A DNA stretch of 18,698 nt from Oligoflexales bacterium (GCA_045105515.1 JBGCDR010000458.1:1-18698), one strand, 5' to 3'; counted from the first letter of the stretch, positions 1 to 9,661 are shown. Notes: a model not told the origin generated them from the letters alone. Made by a program: numbers and translations.

Positions 1-139
1 CATTGTTAGATTATGCTTGAATAGTCAAAAAAATACATCTCAAATATTTTTGACAACAAAAATTTTGTTAAAAAAATATGCTGAACCCATTTTAACGTAC
101 TTCAAAATTTGGTTAAAAGCTTACTTGAATCAACCCTGC
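1..139. repeat. Left copy of 139-bp terminal inverted repeat
   Basis: 1-139 (cattgttaga...caaccctgc) is the reverse complement of 18560-18698. Identity stops at 140 (a, where the complement of 18559 is c). Confidence 0.97.
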
Positions 140-244
140 AATCATTCACAAGATATGGATTCTCCTTATTTTCATTCGGGAGGAAGGTATGCAAATTTAA
201 CAGATTTGGTGTGTAGATTTATAAAAGAGCCGAATTTCAGCTGA
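2..244 (+). CDS. 3' fragment of a gene running off the window edge; shared repeat-encoded segment followed by a 34-aa tail containing SPYFHSG
   Basis: The frame is open from position 2 (att gtt aga tta tgc ttg...) to TGA at 242-244, which lies 13 bp from the convergent cytochrome stop. Confidence 0.45.
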   Translation: MVRLCLNSQKNTSQIFLTTKILLKKYAEPILTYFKIWLKAYLNQPCNHSQDMDSPYFHSGGRYANLTDLVCRFIKEPNFS

Positions 245-257
245 AAATACAAGAATT

Positions 258-1403
258 TTAATCCTTAAGAAGAAAATTTTCACAGCCTCCTTCCATTGCA
301 TCTATCCAGTCATAGATGAGAGCTACTCCTTTAGTATGAATCAAGCTTCTTCCTAACTCTGGCATCATTACTGCTGGATCTTCAGAATTCAACCTATAAT
401 GCATAATTGAGTGCTCTGGATCTCCTGGAGCAATATCAAATACCATCGCCCTAGAACCACCATTACCTACTGCCACTGGAGTCTTGCAGATACCTAGCTC
501 GATCGGCTTGCTAACGTCTAGACTGAGAAACAACCCAGACATCGAAGCAGGTCCTTGGCGTCTATGGCAATGGGCACAATTTGCAAATAGATAAGCTCGA
601 GCCCGAGCTGCAACTCCAGCACTTTTTTCATCCCACCCCACCATGGTAGGCCTCTTCTCTTCTTCAACCAGTCCGTCAAGAACATCATGATCACTCCAAT
701 ACTCAAGTTGGTTAATTGAACCTTCTTCATAGTTGAATTTATGATTAAGATTTATAGCTCTTGGCCCTATTGGCAAAACGGGTTTTGAATATTCAATATA
801 CTTTACGTGGCAGGCTTTACATTGATTGAAGTTAGGGACTTGATAAGCAAATTCTCTTTGCCCAATCTCAGCATGAGTGAGTTTTATTCTTATTTTTTTA
901 CCAATCAAAGCAAGGCTAGCATCATTTTGATCCTCATTCCAGACATAAGGCATTCCGACCCAGCCCTTCTCCTCCTTAAGTAAAATTCGAGTTTCAATTC
1001 TATAAATATCTGTTAAAGACCGGGCATTTCCGATTCCAATATTTCTTGGTAGATCTTGTGGATTTCGGTTCTCTTCCGGAAAATAAAGATCTGATTGCCT
1101 ATAACCAAAGGTTTTGCTTATGACACTACCGACGGGAAATTCCAAAACACCATCTTGGCGATAGGAGGCTTTACTACCATGCGGGATACGTATAGTCCGA
1201 TATTTTGAAGCATAATCGGAAAATAGAGGATTCTTCAATGAATAAGGTATAACCTGCTCACCTAGGCTTATTTTACTATCAGTGACTTGAAACAAATTCC
1301 AGTCTGATAATTTGCTAGGAAACCGGGTTGTTTCTGCATAAATATTCTTATTGGCAAGACCTACCAGACCATAAAAAATTAATATTAAAATCATTCGAAG
1401 CAT
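258..1403 (-). CDS. Diheme c-type cytochrome, SO2930/HNE_0200 family (TIGR03806-like), exported
   Basis: Signal-peptide-like N-terminus; two CxxCH motifs (CKACH, CAHCH); LFSDYASKYR, FPVGSVISKTF, IETRIL and MMPELGRS motifs; RBS aaggag upstream; beta-helix partner gene upstream. Confidence 0.88.
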   Translation of the reverse strand: MLRMILILIFYGLVGLANKNIYAETTRFPSKLSDWNLFQVTDSKISLGEQVIPYSLKNPLFSDYASKYRTIRIPHGSKASYRQDGVLEFPVGSVISKTFGYRQSDLYFPEENRNPQDLPRNIGIGNARSLTDIYRIETRILLKEEKGWVGMPYVWNEDQNDASLALIGKKIRIKLTHAEIGQREFAYQVPNFNQCKACHVKYIEYSKPVLPIGPRAINLNHKFNYEEGSINQLEYWSDHDVLDGLVEEEKRPTMVGWDEKSAGVAARARAYLFANCAHCHRRQGPASMSGLFLSLDVSKPIELGICKTPVAVGNGGSRAMVFDIAPGDPEHSIMHYRLNSEDPAVMMPELGRSLIHTKGVALIYDWIDAMEGGCENFLLKD

Positions 1404-1490
1404 TTACAATCTCCTTTATTAGTATTGGCTTGTAGCTGTCAATTGAGAATTTGTCAAAAGGAGTATCTGCATATTAATTTTACAATAATA

Positions 1491-2705
1491 TTACGGAATC
1501 TCAACAGCTGGTAGCTTGACAATATGACAATCATGTGGCCCAAGGTCATAGCTAGGATTCGATAAATCATTTTCTACATCAAGATCTATAAATGTCGCCT
1601 TATAGTTGCCCTTAATACAAATTTTTAATGGACCTGGAATACTACCATCTGAGGAACGTTGTCTTGGATTAAAGCTACCATCATAAACCACATCTGGAAA
1701 TGGGACACCTATCTTACTTTTAAGCACCTCTATCAATGTCTGTGTTGACTCCGACGCCCCACCTTTTGGCGCTCTACCTCCAGCCAACATGGTATTATTA
1801 TAAATATAGATGGATTCCACAAATGGGTCATAGCTTGAATCATTGATTGGCCTACCTGTAAGCATATAGCTGACTATAAGAATATTAGCTGTTTCATTGC
1901 CAGAAATAAAATTATTAAATACTTCAACCTTCTTATTAGCTGTAATCATAACTCCTGTTCCAGCTGGGACATCAGCAACGACATTGCTAGGTGGAGAAAA
2001 ATTTATCGTATTATTATTGACAATAGTATTTCCAAATATCCTAGATATCTGGCCTGGAATGTTTAAATCAGGCATATTGAAAACCAAGATGCCGCCAGTA
2101 TTTTTTTCAACGTAATTATTGCTAACATCAACATGAACAGAATTTTCAATCTCAATGCCAGCTACATTTTCAAAGACATGGTTACGCCTCACAATCACAT
2201 TCTTGGACTGACCTACATAAATCCCTGCATCTGAGGCTCCAGAGACTACCGAGCTTTCAATCAAAATATTGCGTGACTGCACTGGATAAAACCCATAAGC
2301 ACCATTGGTAATTGCTGGACCACCAGACCATCTCGCTCCTACACCCCTAATAACCAAGCCGTCAGCTCGATTCACTTTAATAGCATCTCCTTTGCTATCT
2401 TGAATCGTAAATCCTTCTAGGGTTACTCCATTCGCTGTGACAAGCAAACCCTCAGCACCTTGTGTTTGACCCTTAAATGAAAGAATTGACTTGGACAAAC
2501 CTTGGCCTCTTACAGTAACTTGGTCAACTAACAAAGACAATTGGGTGTCAAATTCAAATTTTCCTTCAGGAATTTCAATAACAGATCCAGGAGTAGCCAT
2601 CATTAGCTCTAGGAGAAGCCGATCTTGATAACTTCCCTCCTCTGCATAGGTAAGGAAACAATAGAGATAAACCAATAGCAAGCTCATAGAGCGAAGCATA
2701 GCCAT
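1491..2705 (-). CDS. Parallel beta-helix repeat protein (TIGR03805-like), exported
   Basis: Signal-like N-terminus; NGAYGFYPV, GASDAGIYVGQS, NVAGIEIENS and NTGGILVF motifs typical of this family; adjacent to the SO2930-family cytochrome. Confidence 0.88.
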   Translation of the reverse strand: MAMLRSMSLLLVYLYCFLTYAEEGSYQDRLLLELMMATPGSVIEIPEGKFEFDTQLSLLVDQVTVRGQGLSKSILSFKGQTQGAEGLLVTANGVTLEGFTIQDSKGDAIKVNRADGLVIRGVGARWSGGPAITNGAYGFYPVQSRNILIESSVVSGASDAGIYVGQSKNVIVRRNHVFENVAGIEIENSVHVDVSNNYVEKNTGGILVFNMPDLNIPGQISRIFGNTIVNNNTINFSPPSNVVADVPAGTGVMITANKKVEVFNNFISGNETANILIVSYMLTGRPINDSSYDPFVESIYIYNNTMLAGGRAPKGGASESTQTLIEVLKSKIGVPFPDVVYDGSFNPRQRSSDGSIPGPLKICIKGNYKATFIDLDVENDLSNPSYDLGPHDCHIVKLPAVEIP

Positions 2706-2938
2706 AAAACCACCTTGAATTTATTAATATTCTAAAGATATAAAACATTATTTTCCATTAGTTGAAAACTTTCAAGGTGATATCCCAAAGGTAGCTTCAA
2801 AGACTCCTGCAAAGGATGAGTTATAATAAGCAAAAAGACATATCCATGTAGGGGTGTAGAAAATAACCGAAAATCTGCGGAAGTACTTTTCATACTTCTG
2901 GTTACTACACCCTAGTGACCAAATGCAATAGGCTAAAT

Positions 2939-3736
2939 ATGGAACATACAGAAAGCTTAGTTAAAATTTTTAATAAGCAACGGATTGTAAGAATTTTTCA
3001 GAAAATTTGTCAATCTCGTATTCAGGTGCTTATAAGACTTGAAACAAACTCAACTACCGCAATCAAAGCCTACGCTAATAAATTAATGTCAAAAACATCG
3101 GATAGTGAGGAAAAGCAAATTACGATTGTCTTAAATAATATCTCTGACAATGGAATTAAGCACTTAGAAGGGAAAAAATTTATTCAACTTGAGTTCGCGC
3201 TTATCTCAAATAAACTAATCTGTTCAAGTAAAATAAGACAAATCAGCGACGATGAACTTATGGTTGAACTACCAAAATCACTTACAAGTATTGAACGCAG
3301 GGCAAATGCACGCTTCAAAACTAAATCTGAATGCTGTGCTTTTGTCCAATTAAGCAAGTGGAAAACATCAGCCAAAGATCTACTTGCAACGCCCTATTTT
3401 GAAAAGCATAGAAACTTGGCTACTCAATTCCTAGTCAGTGATATTAGCGTTGGAGGCCTATGTCTCAAAACTTTCTTCCCTTCAATCTCATCAAAACTTA
3501 GCAAGGACTTAATTGATGAAAAAGCCAAGCTGAGTCTTCCTCTAAAAAAAGAAATTTCAATCGGACTAAATGTCAGATGGATAAAAAAAATCAACGAACA
3601 TATCAAAATTACTAGTTCACGCAACTATATCAAAACCTGCTATTTGATAGGCTGTCAATTCACAGAAGAATCTGATGAGCTTTTGAGCGAAGTAAAAAAA
3701 TTTATCAAACATATTCAAGAAACGGGATTTGTTTAA
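2939..3736 (+). CDS. PilZ-domain (c-di-GMP-binding, YcgR-like) protein
   Basis: RxxxR (ERRANAR) and DxSxxG (DISVGG) motifs plus C-terminal GCQF. ATG 2939 preferred; the ORF track starts at GTG 2915. Confidence 0.8.
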   Translation: MEHTESLVKIFNKQRIVRIFQKICQSRIQVLIRLETNSTTAIKAYANKLMSKTSDSEEKQITIVLNNISDNGIKHLEGKKFIQLEFALISNKLICSSKIRQISDDELMVELPKSLTSIERRANARFKTKSECCAFVQLSKWKTSAKDLLATPYFEKHRNLATQFLVSDISVGGLCLKTFFPSISSKLSKDLIDEKAKLSLPLKKEISIGLNVRWIKKINEHIKITSSRNYIKTCYLIGCQFTEESDELLSEVKKFIKHIQETGFV

Positions 3737-4033
3737 TTTGATAAATACCAAAATTCTATTTGCTATGGCTCAAATTTTTTATTGCATTCAATAAATTTAT
3801 ATTACTCACCATTTTGGCAGTTAAGAACCAAAAAAATATAAATCGACCTAAGACCATTCTAAGTATAAAGCGCTGTTTTCTGCTTTTATCGCAAAAATAC
3901 CTGATTTGGATTTTTCTGAACTTAGGTAAAATTTCTTAGAATTTTATCCATATAGTCCATAGTTACATCTCCACAACTTAGTATTATTGGCTTATCTTAA
4001 GCTTTGAAATGGATTATCATTTAAAAAAATCTT

Positions 4034-4061
4034 TTGCTTTTAGGGTATTGTCTTTTAAAAT
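4034..4061 (+). promoter_or_regulatory. Possible sigma70 promoter for HU
   Basis: TTGCTT-16 nt-TAAAAT about 78 bp upstream of the GTG. The context is AT-rich, so a chance match is possible. Confidence 0.3.
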
Positions 4062-4138
4062 CACTAATTGAAAACAGTTCCATTTCATAAATACCCTTCC
4101 CAAAGAACGCAAGGGTCTCGATTCACAGGGGGAATACC

Positions 4139-4417
4139 GTGAACAAAGCAGAACTTATTGAAAATCTTGCAGAAAAAATTGAATCAACCAAAACTGATGC
4201 CGCAGGCTTCGTCGATGCTCTTATTGAGACTATTCATGAAAATCTCCATGAAGGTGTCAAAATTTCGGGCTTAGGTACCTTTTCTGCGGCAAAACGCAAG
4301 GCACGCATAGCTCGAAATCCTCAAACAGGTGAGGAAATTAAGGTTCCTGCAAAATGGGCACCTGTTTTTAAACCAAGCAGTGGTTTAAAAGAAGCTGCTA
4401 CAAAGCGTCGTCGGTAA
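4139..4417 (+). CDS. hup: HU family DNA-binding protein
   Basis: MNKAELI N-terminus, GLGTF, ARNPQTGEEI and PVFKPS..LK motifs; RBS aggggg; GTG start. Confidence 0.95.
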   Translation: MNKAELIENLAEKIESTKTDAAGFVDALIETIHENLHEGVKISGLGTFSAAKRKARIARNPQTGEEIKVPAKWAPVFKPSSGLKEAATKRRR

Positions 4418-4498
4418 CAAGCAAAAGAGGGACAGGTAAGACAAGGAAATGCTACTGTTTAACCGTTTTTAATAACAATGGTGGTTCCTTTACTTTCG

Positions 4499-4517
4499 CC
4501 ACTGTGAATCACAGTGG
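4499..4517. terminator. Perfect dyad CCACTGTGA-A-TCACAGTGG between convergent genes; candidate terminator hairpin
   Basis: 9-bp arms with a 1-nt centre, located between the HU and TIGR02147 stops. No immediate U-tract. Confidence 0.4.
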
Positions 4518-4636
4518 ACGACCTGTATTTCTTCATAATTTTTCTCCTCTATAAATAAATATTTACCATTTTTCTGTGCTAGAAATTAGCAAAACTAAGG
4601 CTGAGTACTCTGAGATAAAGACTTAAGCCATGTAAG

Positions 4637-5476
4637 TCACTTTTTAAGGTCGGATGTGACTGGATACATCTGAATATTTATTGTAACCCCAACTTCATCT
4701 TGGGAATTTTTACTTTTATTAAAAATCCATATACTTAATTCTTCACGAATTTTTTTGATCTTATCTTTTAATTCGGCTATCTCCGAACATGGTATTGAAG
4801 CAGTAATACTTGCAAACTCTCGCATAGAGACATTCAAGTCTAAGGCATTACAGCTTTCTTCAAGTAGTCCCTTATGTGCTTTTTTTACCTCACCACTTAT
4901 ACATTCATCAGGGCTTGAAATATTTTGAGCTTTGTTTTGATAACAACGATTTTCACAAGATATAAAACCATTATTTATCATAAATATCAAAGCAGACTGA
5001 ATCTCCAATAGGCTAGCTTTAACTCGGATACGCCTCATAATCCATACAGGGTCTGGCGAAAAATTCTCCTTGTAGATATTGATTAAGATACTAATAATTG
5101 TACACATCCGATTAGTAAGAAAATAAGATGCCTTGTCACCAATGACCAATACTTCCTTCTTATTAACTAAACGGCTGAGGTTTTCTAATTTTTTGACTTT
5201 TTCAAAATCTGTCTTACAATGACCTAATTCAACCAAAAAGTTGAAATATTCTCTTTCATCTTTGGGAAAAGCTAGAACTTCAAGAATTTTTTCCATGCCT
5301 TGTTTCCCAAGTTTTTTCGTTCCATTAATAACGTCGGTCATGTGATTTGGAGAAGAAAATCCTAGGTCCTTACTGAATTTACGCATGCTGTAGTTGGGAT
5401 TTTTAGATTTTCTTTGCTTAAACACAAAGCCTAGAAAATCACGATAATTATCAAAATCATATATATTTTGGTTCAA
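4637..5476 (-). CDS. TIGR02147 family protein (HTH plus DUF4423)
   Basis: IYDFDNYRDFL..., NPNYSMRKFSKDLGFSSPN HTH, EREYF..LV, REFASIT and C-terminal NIQMYP motifs; TTG start with gagg RBS. Confidence 0.9.
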   Translation of the reverse strand: MNQNIYDFDNYRDFLGFVFKQRKSKNPNYSMRKFSKDLGFSSPNHMTDVINGTKKLGKQGMEKILEVLAFPKDEREYFNFLVELGHCKTDFEKVKKLENLSRLVNKKEVLVIGDKASYFLTNRMCTIISILINIYKENFSPDPVWIMRRIRVKASLLEIQSALIFMINNGFISCENRCYQNKAQNISSPDECISGEVKKAHKGLLEESCNALDLNVSMREFASITASIPCSEIAELKDKIKKIREELSIWIFNKSKNSQDEVGVTINIQMYPVTSDLKK

Positions 5477-5500
5477 TGTCCTCTCACTCCTCTAACAGTA

Positions 5501-5529
5501 AAAGTCTGACAAGGTAATCGTCAGACTTT
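5501..5529 (-). terminator. Hairpin downstream of tdh and upstream of the TIGR02147 gene (terminator or operator)
   Basis: AAAGTCTGAC-9 nt-GTCAGACTTT. On the minus strand the stem ends in TTTTACTGTT. Confidence 0.5.
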
Positions 5530-5623
5530 ACTTATAATTGATTGAATTTTTATAAGTTATTAAAATCTAAGACAGCTTATATGAATCTAGATATGACTGC
5601 AGTAAGCCGTTTGAAAGAAAATC

Positions 5624-6649
5624 CTATGTCCAGTCTAAGACAACTTTAGCTGCATCTCCTCGGTTCAAGATCCCAAAGCCTTTATCAAATTCATCCACCT
5701 GGAACCTGTGTGTGATGACCTTGGAAATATCAAGGCCGCTTTGCAACATGGAAGCCATTTTATACCAAGTTTCGTACATTTCCCTACCGTATATACCCTT
5801 TAAAATTAACCCTTTAAAGACAATACTGCTCCAGTCAATGGCAACCTTACCAGGAAAGATGCCCAGCAAAGCAATACGTGAGCCATGATTCAACACATCG
5901 ATCATTGAAGTAAATGCCAGTGCATTACCCGACATTTCCATTCCTACATCAAAACCCTCATCCATACCTAAGTCAGCCATGGTCCTGCTAAGAGATTGCT
6001 TTATAGGATTAACCACCCTGCTTGCTCCCATCTTGCGAGCAATATCAAGTCGTTTGTCATTAACATCAGTAATCACAATATGCCTTGCACCTACATGCCT
6101 TGCAATCGCTACTGCCATGATTCCAATAGGGCCTGCGCCAGTAATAAGTACATCTTCTCCAACAAGATCAAATGAAAGAGCTGTGTGGACCGCATTGCCA
6201 TAAGGGTCAAAAATTGAGGCAATTTCATCAGGTATAGATGGATCTATTTTAAATGCATTAACTGCTGGTAAAACTAAGTATTCAGCAAAAGCACCCTGGC
6301 GGTTAACCCCAACACCAAGAGTATTACGGCATAAGTGCCGTTTTCCTGCACGACAATTTCGACAATGTGAGCAGGTTATATGCCCTTCTCCAGAAACCCT
6401 ATCACCCTCCTTGAGACCTTTAACAGTAGAACCAAGCTCAACAACATTACCAACAAACTCATGACCAATTACTAGAGGAGTTGGAACCACCTTAGAAGCC
6501 CAATCGTCCCAATTATAAATATGAAGGTCAGTTCCACAAATTGCAGTTTTATTTATTTTAATCAGCACCTCATCCGGTCCAATAGTAGGTCTTTTAATTT
6601 GCTCCATCCAAAGACCGGGCTTTGGATCTTTTTTAACTAATGCTTTCAT
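5624..6649 (-). CDS. tdh: L-threonine 3-dehydrogenase
   Basis: [15 protein letters not shown], structural Zn CxxCxxC...C, GAGPIG and [11 protein letters not shown] motifs; 341 aa; follows kbl. Confidence 0.97.
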   Translation of the reverse strand: MKALVKKDPKPGLWMEQIKRPTIGPDEVLIKINKTAICGTDLHIYNWDDWASKVVPTPLVIGHEFVGNVVELGSTVKGLKEGDRVSGEGHITCSHCRNCRAGKRHLCRNTLGVGVNRQGAFAEYLVLPAVNAFKIDPSIPDEIASIFDPYGNAVHTALSFDLVGEDVLITGAGPIGIMAVAIARHVGARHIVITDVNDKRLDIARKMGASRVVNPIKQSLSRTMADLGMDEGFDVGMEMSGNALAFTSMIDVLNHGSRIALLGIFPGKVAIDWSSIVFKGLILKGIYGREMYETWYKMASMLQSGLDISKVITHRFQVDEFDKGFGILNRGDAAKVVLDWT

Positions 6650-6665
6650 AAACTTTTCCTACCCC

Positions 6666-7853
6666 TCATGAAATGATTGATAGATCTTTTCCGACCTTTG
6701 CAAAAGCTGTCACTGCAAATTCCAGTTCCTCTTTAGTATGTGCTGATGACATTTGGGTTCTGATCCTAGCCTGTCCCTTGGGAACGACCGGATATGAAAA
6801 CCCAATGACATAGATCCCTTCATTTAGCAAAGCATCTGCAAATTTCGTCGCTAAGCCAGCATCACCGATCATTACTGGAATAATAGCATGCTCACCTTTA
6901 ACTAAATCAAAGCCCAATTTTCCGAGCTCACTACGAAAATATTTACTGTTTTCATTAAGTTGCTCACGTAACTGAGGACTTTTCTCAAGTAAATCCAACA
7001 CTTTTATTGAACTAGCTGCAATGACCGGTGCTAATGTGTTGGAAAAAAGATAAGGCCTAGATCGCTGCCTAAGCCAGGTAACGATCTCTTGTCTGCCAGA
7101 AGTATAACCACCTGAAGCACCTCCAAGTGCTTTTCCTAGAGTCCCTGTAATTATATCTACTCGCCCCATGATCTTATTATATTCATGAGTCCCCCTCCCC
7201 TTCTCACCTACAAATCCAACTGCATGAGAATCATCAACCATCAATAAAGCTTGATATTTTTCCGTCAAATCTGCAATATCTTTGAGGTTTGCAATGACTC
7301 CATCCATTGAAAAAACCCCATCTGTGCAAACAAGTTTATAACGACAAGTTGAAGCTTCCTTGAGCTTACTTTCCAAGTCCTCCATATCATTATTTCTATA
7401 TCTAAAGCGCCTAGCTTTACAAAGTCGAACTCCGTCAATGATACTTGCATGGTTAAGAGAATCACTGATAATGGCGTCTTCAGACCCTAATAAAGTCTCA
7501 AACAAACCAGTATTTGCATCGAAACAGGAGCTGTAAAGGATGGTATCCTCTGTTTGCAAGAACCTCGACAAACGAGATTCTAATTCCTTATGTATGTCTA
7601 AAGTTCCGCATATAAACCTTACTGAAGACATGCCAAATCCATAATGATCAATTGCATCTTTTGCTGCATTTTTAATCTCTGGATGATTACACAGGCCAAG
7701 ATAATTGTTTGCACAAAGATTCAAGACAGATTTACCACCGGTATTGATTTTAGCTTGCTGAGGAGAAATTATGATCCGTTCATTTTTGAAAAGACCATCA
7801 GATTTGAGCTCTTCAGTTTGCTTTACCAGGTATTGTAAAAAGTCATCCTTCAT
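6666..7853 (-). CDS. kbl: Glycine C-acetyltransferase (2-amino-3-ketobutyrate CoA ligase)
   Basis: [26 protein letters not shown]-lysine [18 protein letters not shown] and ARIRTQMS motifs; operon with tdh. Confidence 0.97.
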   Translation of the reverse strand: MKDDFLQYLVKQTEELKSDGLFKNERIIISPQQAKINTGGKSVLNLCANNYLGLCNHPEIKNAAKDAIDHYGFGMSSVRFICGTLDIHKELESRLSRFLQTEDTILYSSCFDANTGLFETLLGSEDAIISDSLNHASIIDGVRLCKARRFRYRNNDMEDLESKLKEASTCRYKLVCTDGVFSMDGVIANLKDIADLTEKYQALLMVDDSHAVGFVGEKGRGTHEYNKIMGRVDIITGTLGKALGGASGGYTSGRQEIVTWLRQRSRPYLFSNTLAPVIAASSIKVLDLLEKSPQLREQLNENSKYFRSELGKLGFDLVKGEHAIIPVMIGDAGLATKFADALLNEGIYVIGFSYPVVPKGQARIRTQMSSAHTKEELEFAVTAFAKVGKDLSIIS

Positions 7854-8066
7854 AATGATTCCTATTGCGTTATCGTTGGGTCTAGGCGTTCAATTTGCCA
7901 GCGACCGACTTTCGCCACGACAAAGGTCTATCCTGTCAGAAAATAAATTAAATTAGAGATAGCCGGCAAGCAACTAAACAAAAGAGTATTATCAGTACTT
8001 AGTCTTTGGTGAAAGAAGGGAGAAACATGACTAGACAGTTTAAATTTGAGATGGCTTATAAGAAGA

Positions 8067-8669
8067 TTAAATTAGCCGCCCTGCTAGAACCAGGCCCGCA
8101 AGAATATAAAGAGAACCAGCAATAGCGCGCCTTTTTTGGGTGGAAATAAAAGATGAAATAGGTTTGGCAAAACCAGAATAAAGTCCGAGTGCACTTAAAT
8201 CTAAGCATAAAAATCCGGCACTTAAATGCACAATCTGTTGCATAATAGGTTGATTAAAGTCGACATATTGTGGCAAAATCGACGAAAAACAAATAACGGA
8301 CTTGGGGTTAAGAAGAGCGAGCAAATAACCTTGAAAAAGAAGGTTGAGAGGATTTTCAATCTTGCGTTTTTTCGATTCTTGGTGATTCAATTTCCAAAAT
8401 TGCTTCACTCCTAGGGCAATAATAATCGCAATTCCAAGCCATTTAATTATTTCTAAATATATATTATGACTGCCGCCTAAAACATCAAAACAGAGAATGG
8501 TCGTAAAACCCAAACAAATATTTGCTAGGACGGTTCCAATAATAAACCATGCTCCGTGGCGCGAGCTTAAATCAAGAACTGTGTTAATTGAGTAGATAAC
8601 CTTAGGCCCTGGAGTAAAAACCAAAACTAGAGCTACTATTAGAAAATTTAACAATTGACTATTTAACAT
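8067..8669 (-). CDS. LysE/RhtB family amino-acid exporter
   Basis: TPGP motif, IKWLG and LLNPKS..F motifs; about 200 aa and hydrophobic; RBS gagga. Confidence 0.88.
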   Translation of the reverse strand: MLNSQLLNFLIVALVLVFTPGPKVIYSINTVLDLSSRHGAWFIIGTVLANICLGFTTILCFDVLGGSHNIYLEIIKWLGIAIIIALGVKQFWKLNHQESKKRKIENPLNLLFQGYLLALLNPKSVICFSSILPQYVDFNQPIMQQIVHLSAGFLCLDLSALGLYSGFAKPISSFISTQKRRAIAGSLYILAGLVLAGRLI

Positions 8670-8780
8670 ACTTATTCCTCTCTTTCAGTGGATCATAAGT
8701 TTGCGCCAGTCTTTTATAGGAAACATTTTAAAATTTCAATGGAGAACTAATTGGCTGTAGTTAAGGTAGGAAATTAAGTC

Positions 8781-8805
8781 AAATCCAATTATTATTATTG
8801 GATTT
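8781..8805. promoter_or_regulatory. Dyad AAATCCAAT-N7-ATTGGATTT upstream of the LysE gene; candidate transcription-factor site
   Basis: Perfect 9-bp arms about 110 bp upstream of the LysE start. Confidence 0.45.
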
Positions 8806-8967
8806 TATTGCAATAGCAGTCTATCAATTAAAATCTATATTACCGGTTGGTTATATAGACTTATTCAGATATCTCCCCAAAACATATTGTTCTTTTGAAC
8901 TTCCCACCCAAGGATTTTTTTGAATAGTTTGAAGTCTAATATTAGTGTTTTTACTAAAATTAGATAC

Positions 8968-9661
8968 TTATAAAAAAAGTGGAAGCACACTAGTTACAGT
9001 ACAACTAAGTTCATCAACTGAGTTGATCAACACTTTTGGATTATGACTTACAAGTAACTCGTGCGAATTCCATCCCCATGAAACCGTGATGAGATCTACT
9101 TGGGCCTTCTTCATGGCTTCTATATCCCGAACCTCGTCTCCAATATAGAGAATTTGTTGGGTGCCAAGCCGACCTAATCCTACGTATAAGCCTGTTTTTA
9201 GCGAACAAACTCGAACCAGAATAAATAAAATCAAAAACATCAATTTGATATTTTTCCAAGAAGGATTCCACAAGAAAAGTGCTATTTGAAGTCATAATCC
9301 CTAATCGGTATCCATTTTCCTTCAACTGACTTAATTGCCTTACTAATCCCGAATAAGGCTTAATAAGGTCGAGTTTCAGTTCCATGGCCTTCTTAAGATC
9401 ACGAGCAATTGCGTAAGTTTGATACCACTTAACCCCCGCCCGTTTTAACGCATCCCTCAAAGGATAATTCCTACCCAACGAAGGCTGCACACTAGAAAGC
9501 TTGTATTTTTTTCCAAGTTGATTCAGCTCTTCTACAGCTATTTGATAAGTATCTGCAATCGTTCCATCAAAATCAAAATTACATACTTGTTGTTTTTGCA
9601 AAAGCTTACTGGTTCCAGCTCTTTGCGTGAATAGCTGGTAAAGCTTATTAGATCCAAACAT
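8968..9661 (-). pseudogene. HAD-IA family hydrolase (phosphoglycolate phosphatase-like), split by a frameshift
   Basis: Motifs I-III (FDFDGT, MTSN, SLFAK) are in ORF 9041-9661. Motif IV (LYIGDEVRDI...VSWG) is in ORF 8968-9273. The frame changes at about 9150-9200. Confidence 0.8.

Noticed and set aside
50..82. Inward-facing promoter in the terminal repeat (TTGACA ... TATGCT)
   Set aside because: The spacing is 21 nt, too long for sigma70, and there is no good -10 at 16-18 nt.
4139..4417. Unusual HU variant (slightly short turn before VKISG, KRRR tail)
   Set aside because: Within the normal variation of the HU/IHF family.
4432..4526. Hammerhead ribozyme or SRP RNA (minus strand has a hairpin followed by CGAAAG)
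   Set aside because: The CUGANGA core and the SRP GGAA tetraloop/AGCAG motif are absent.
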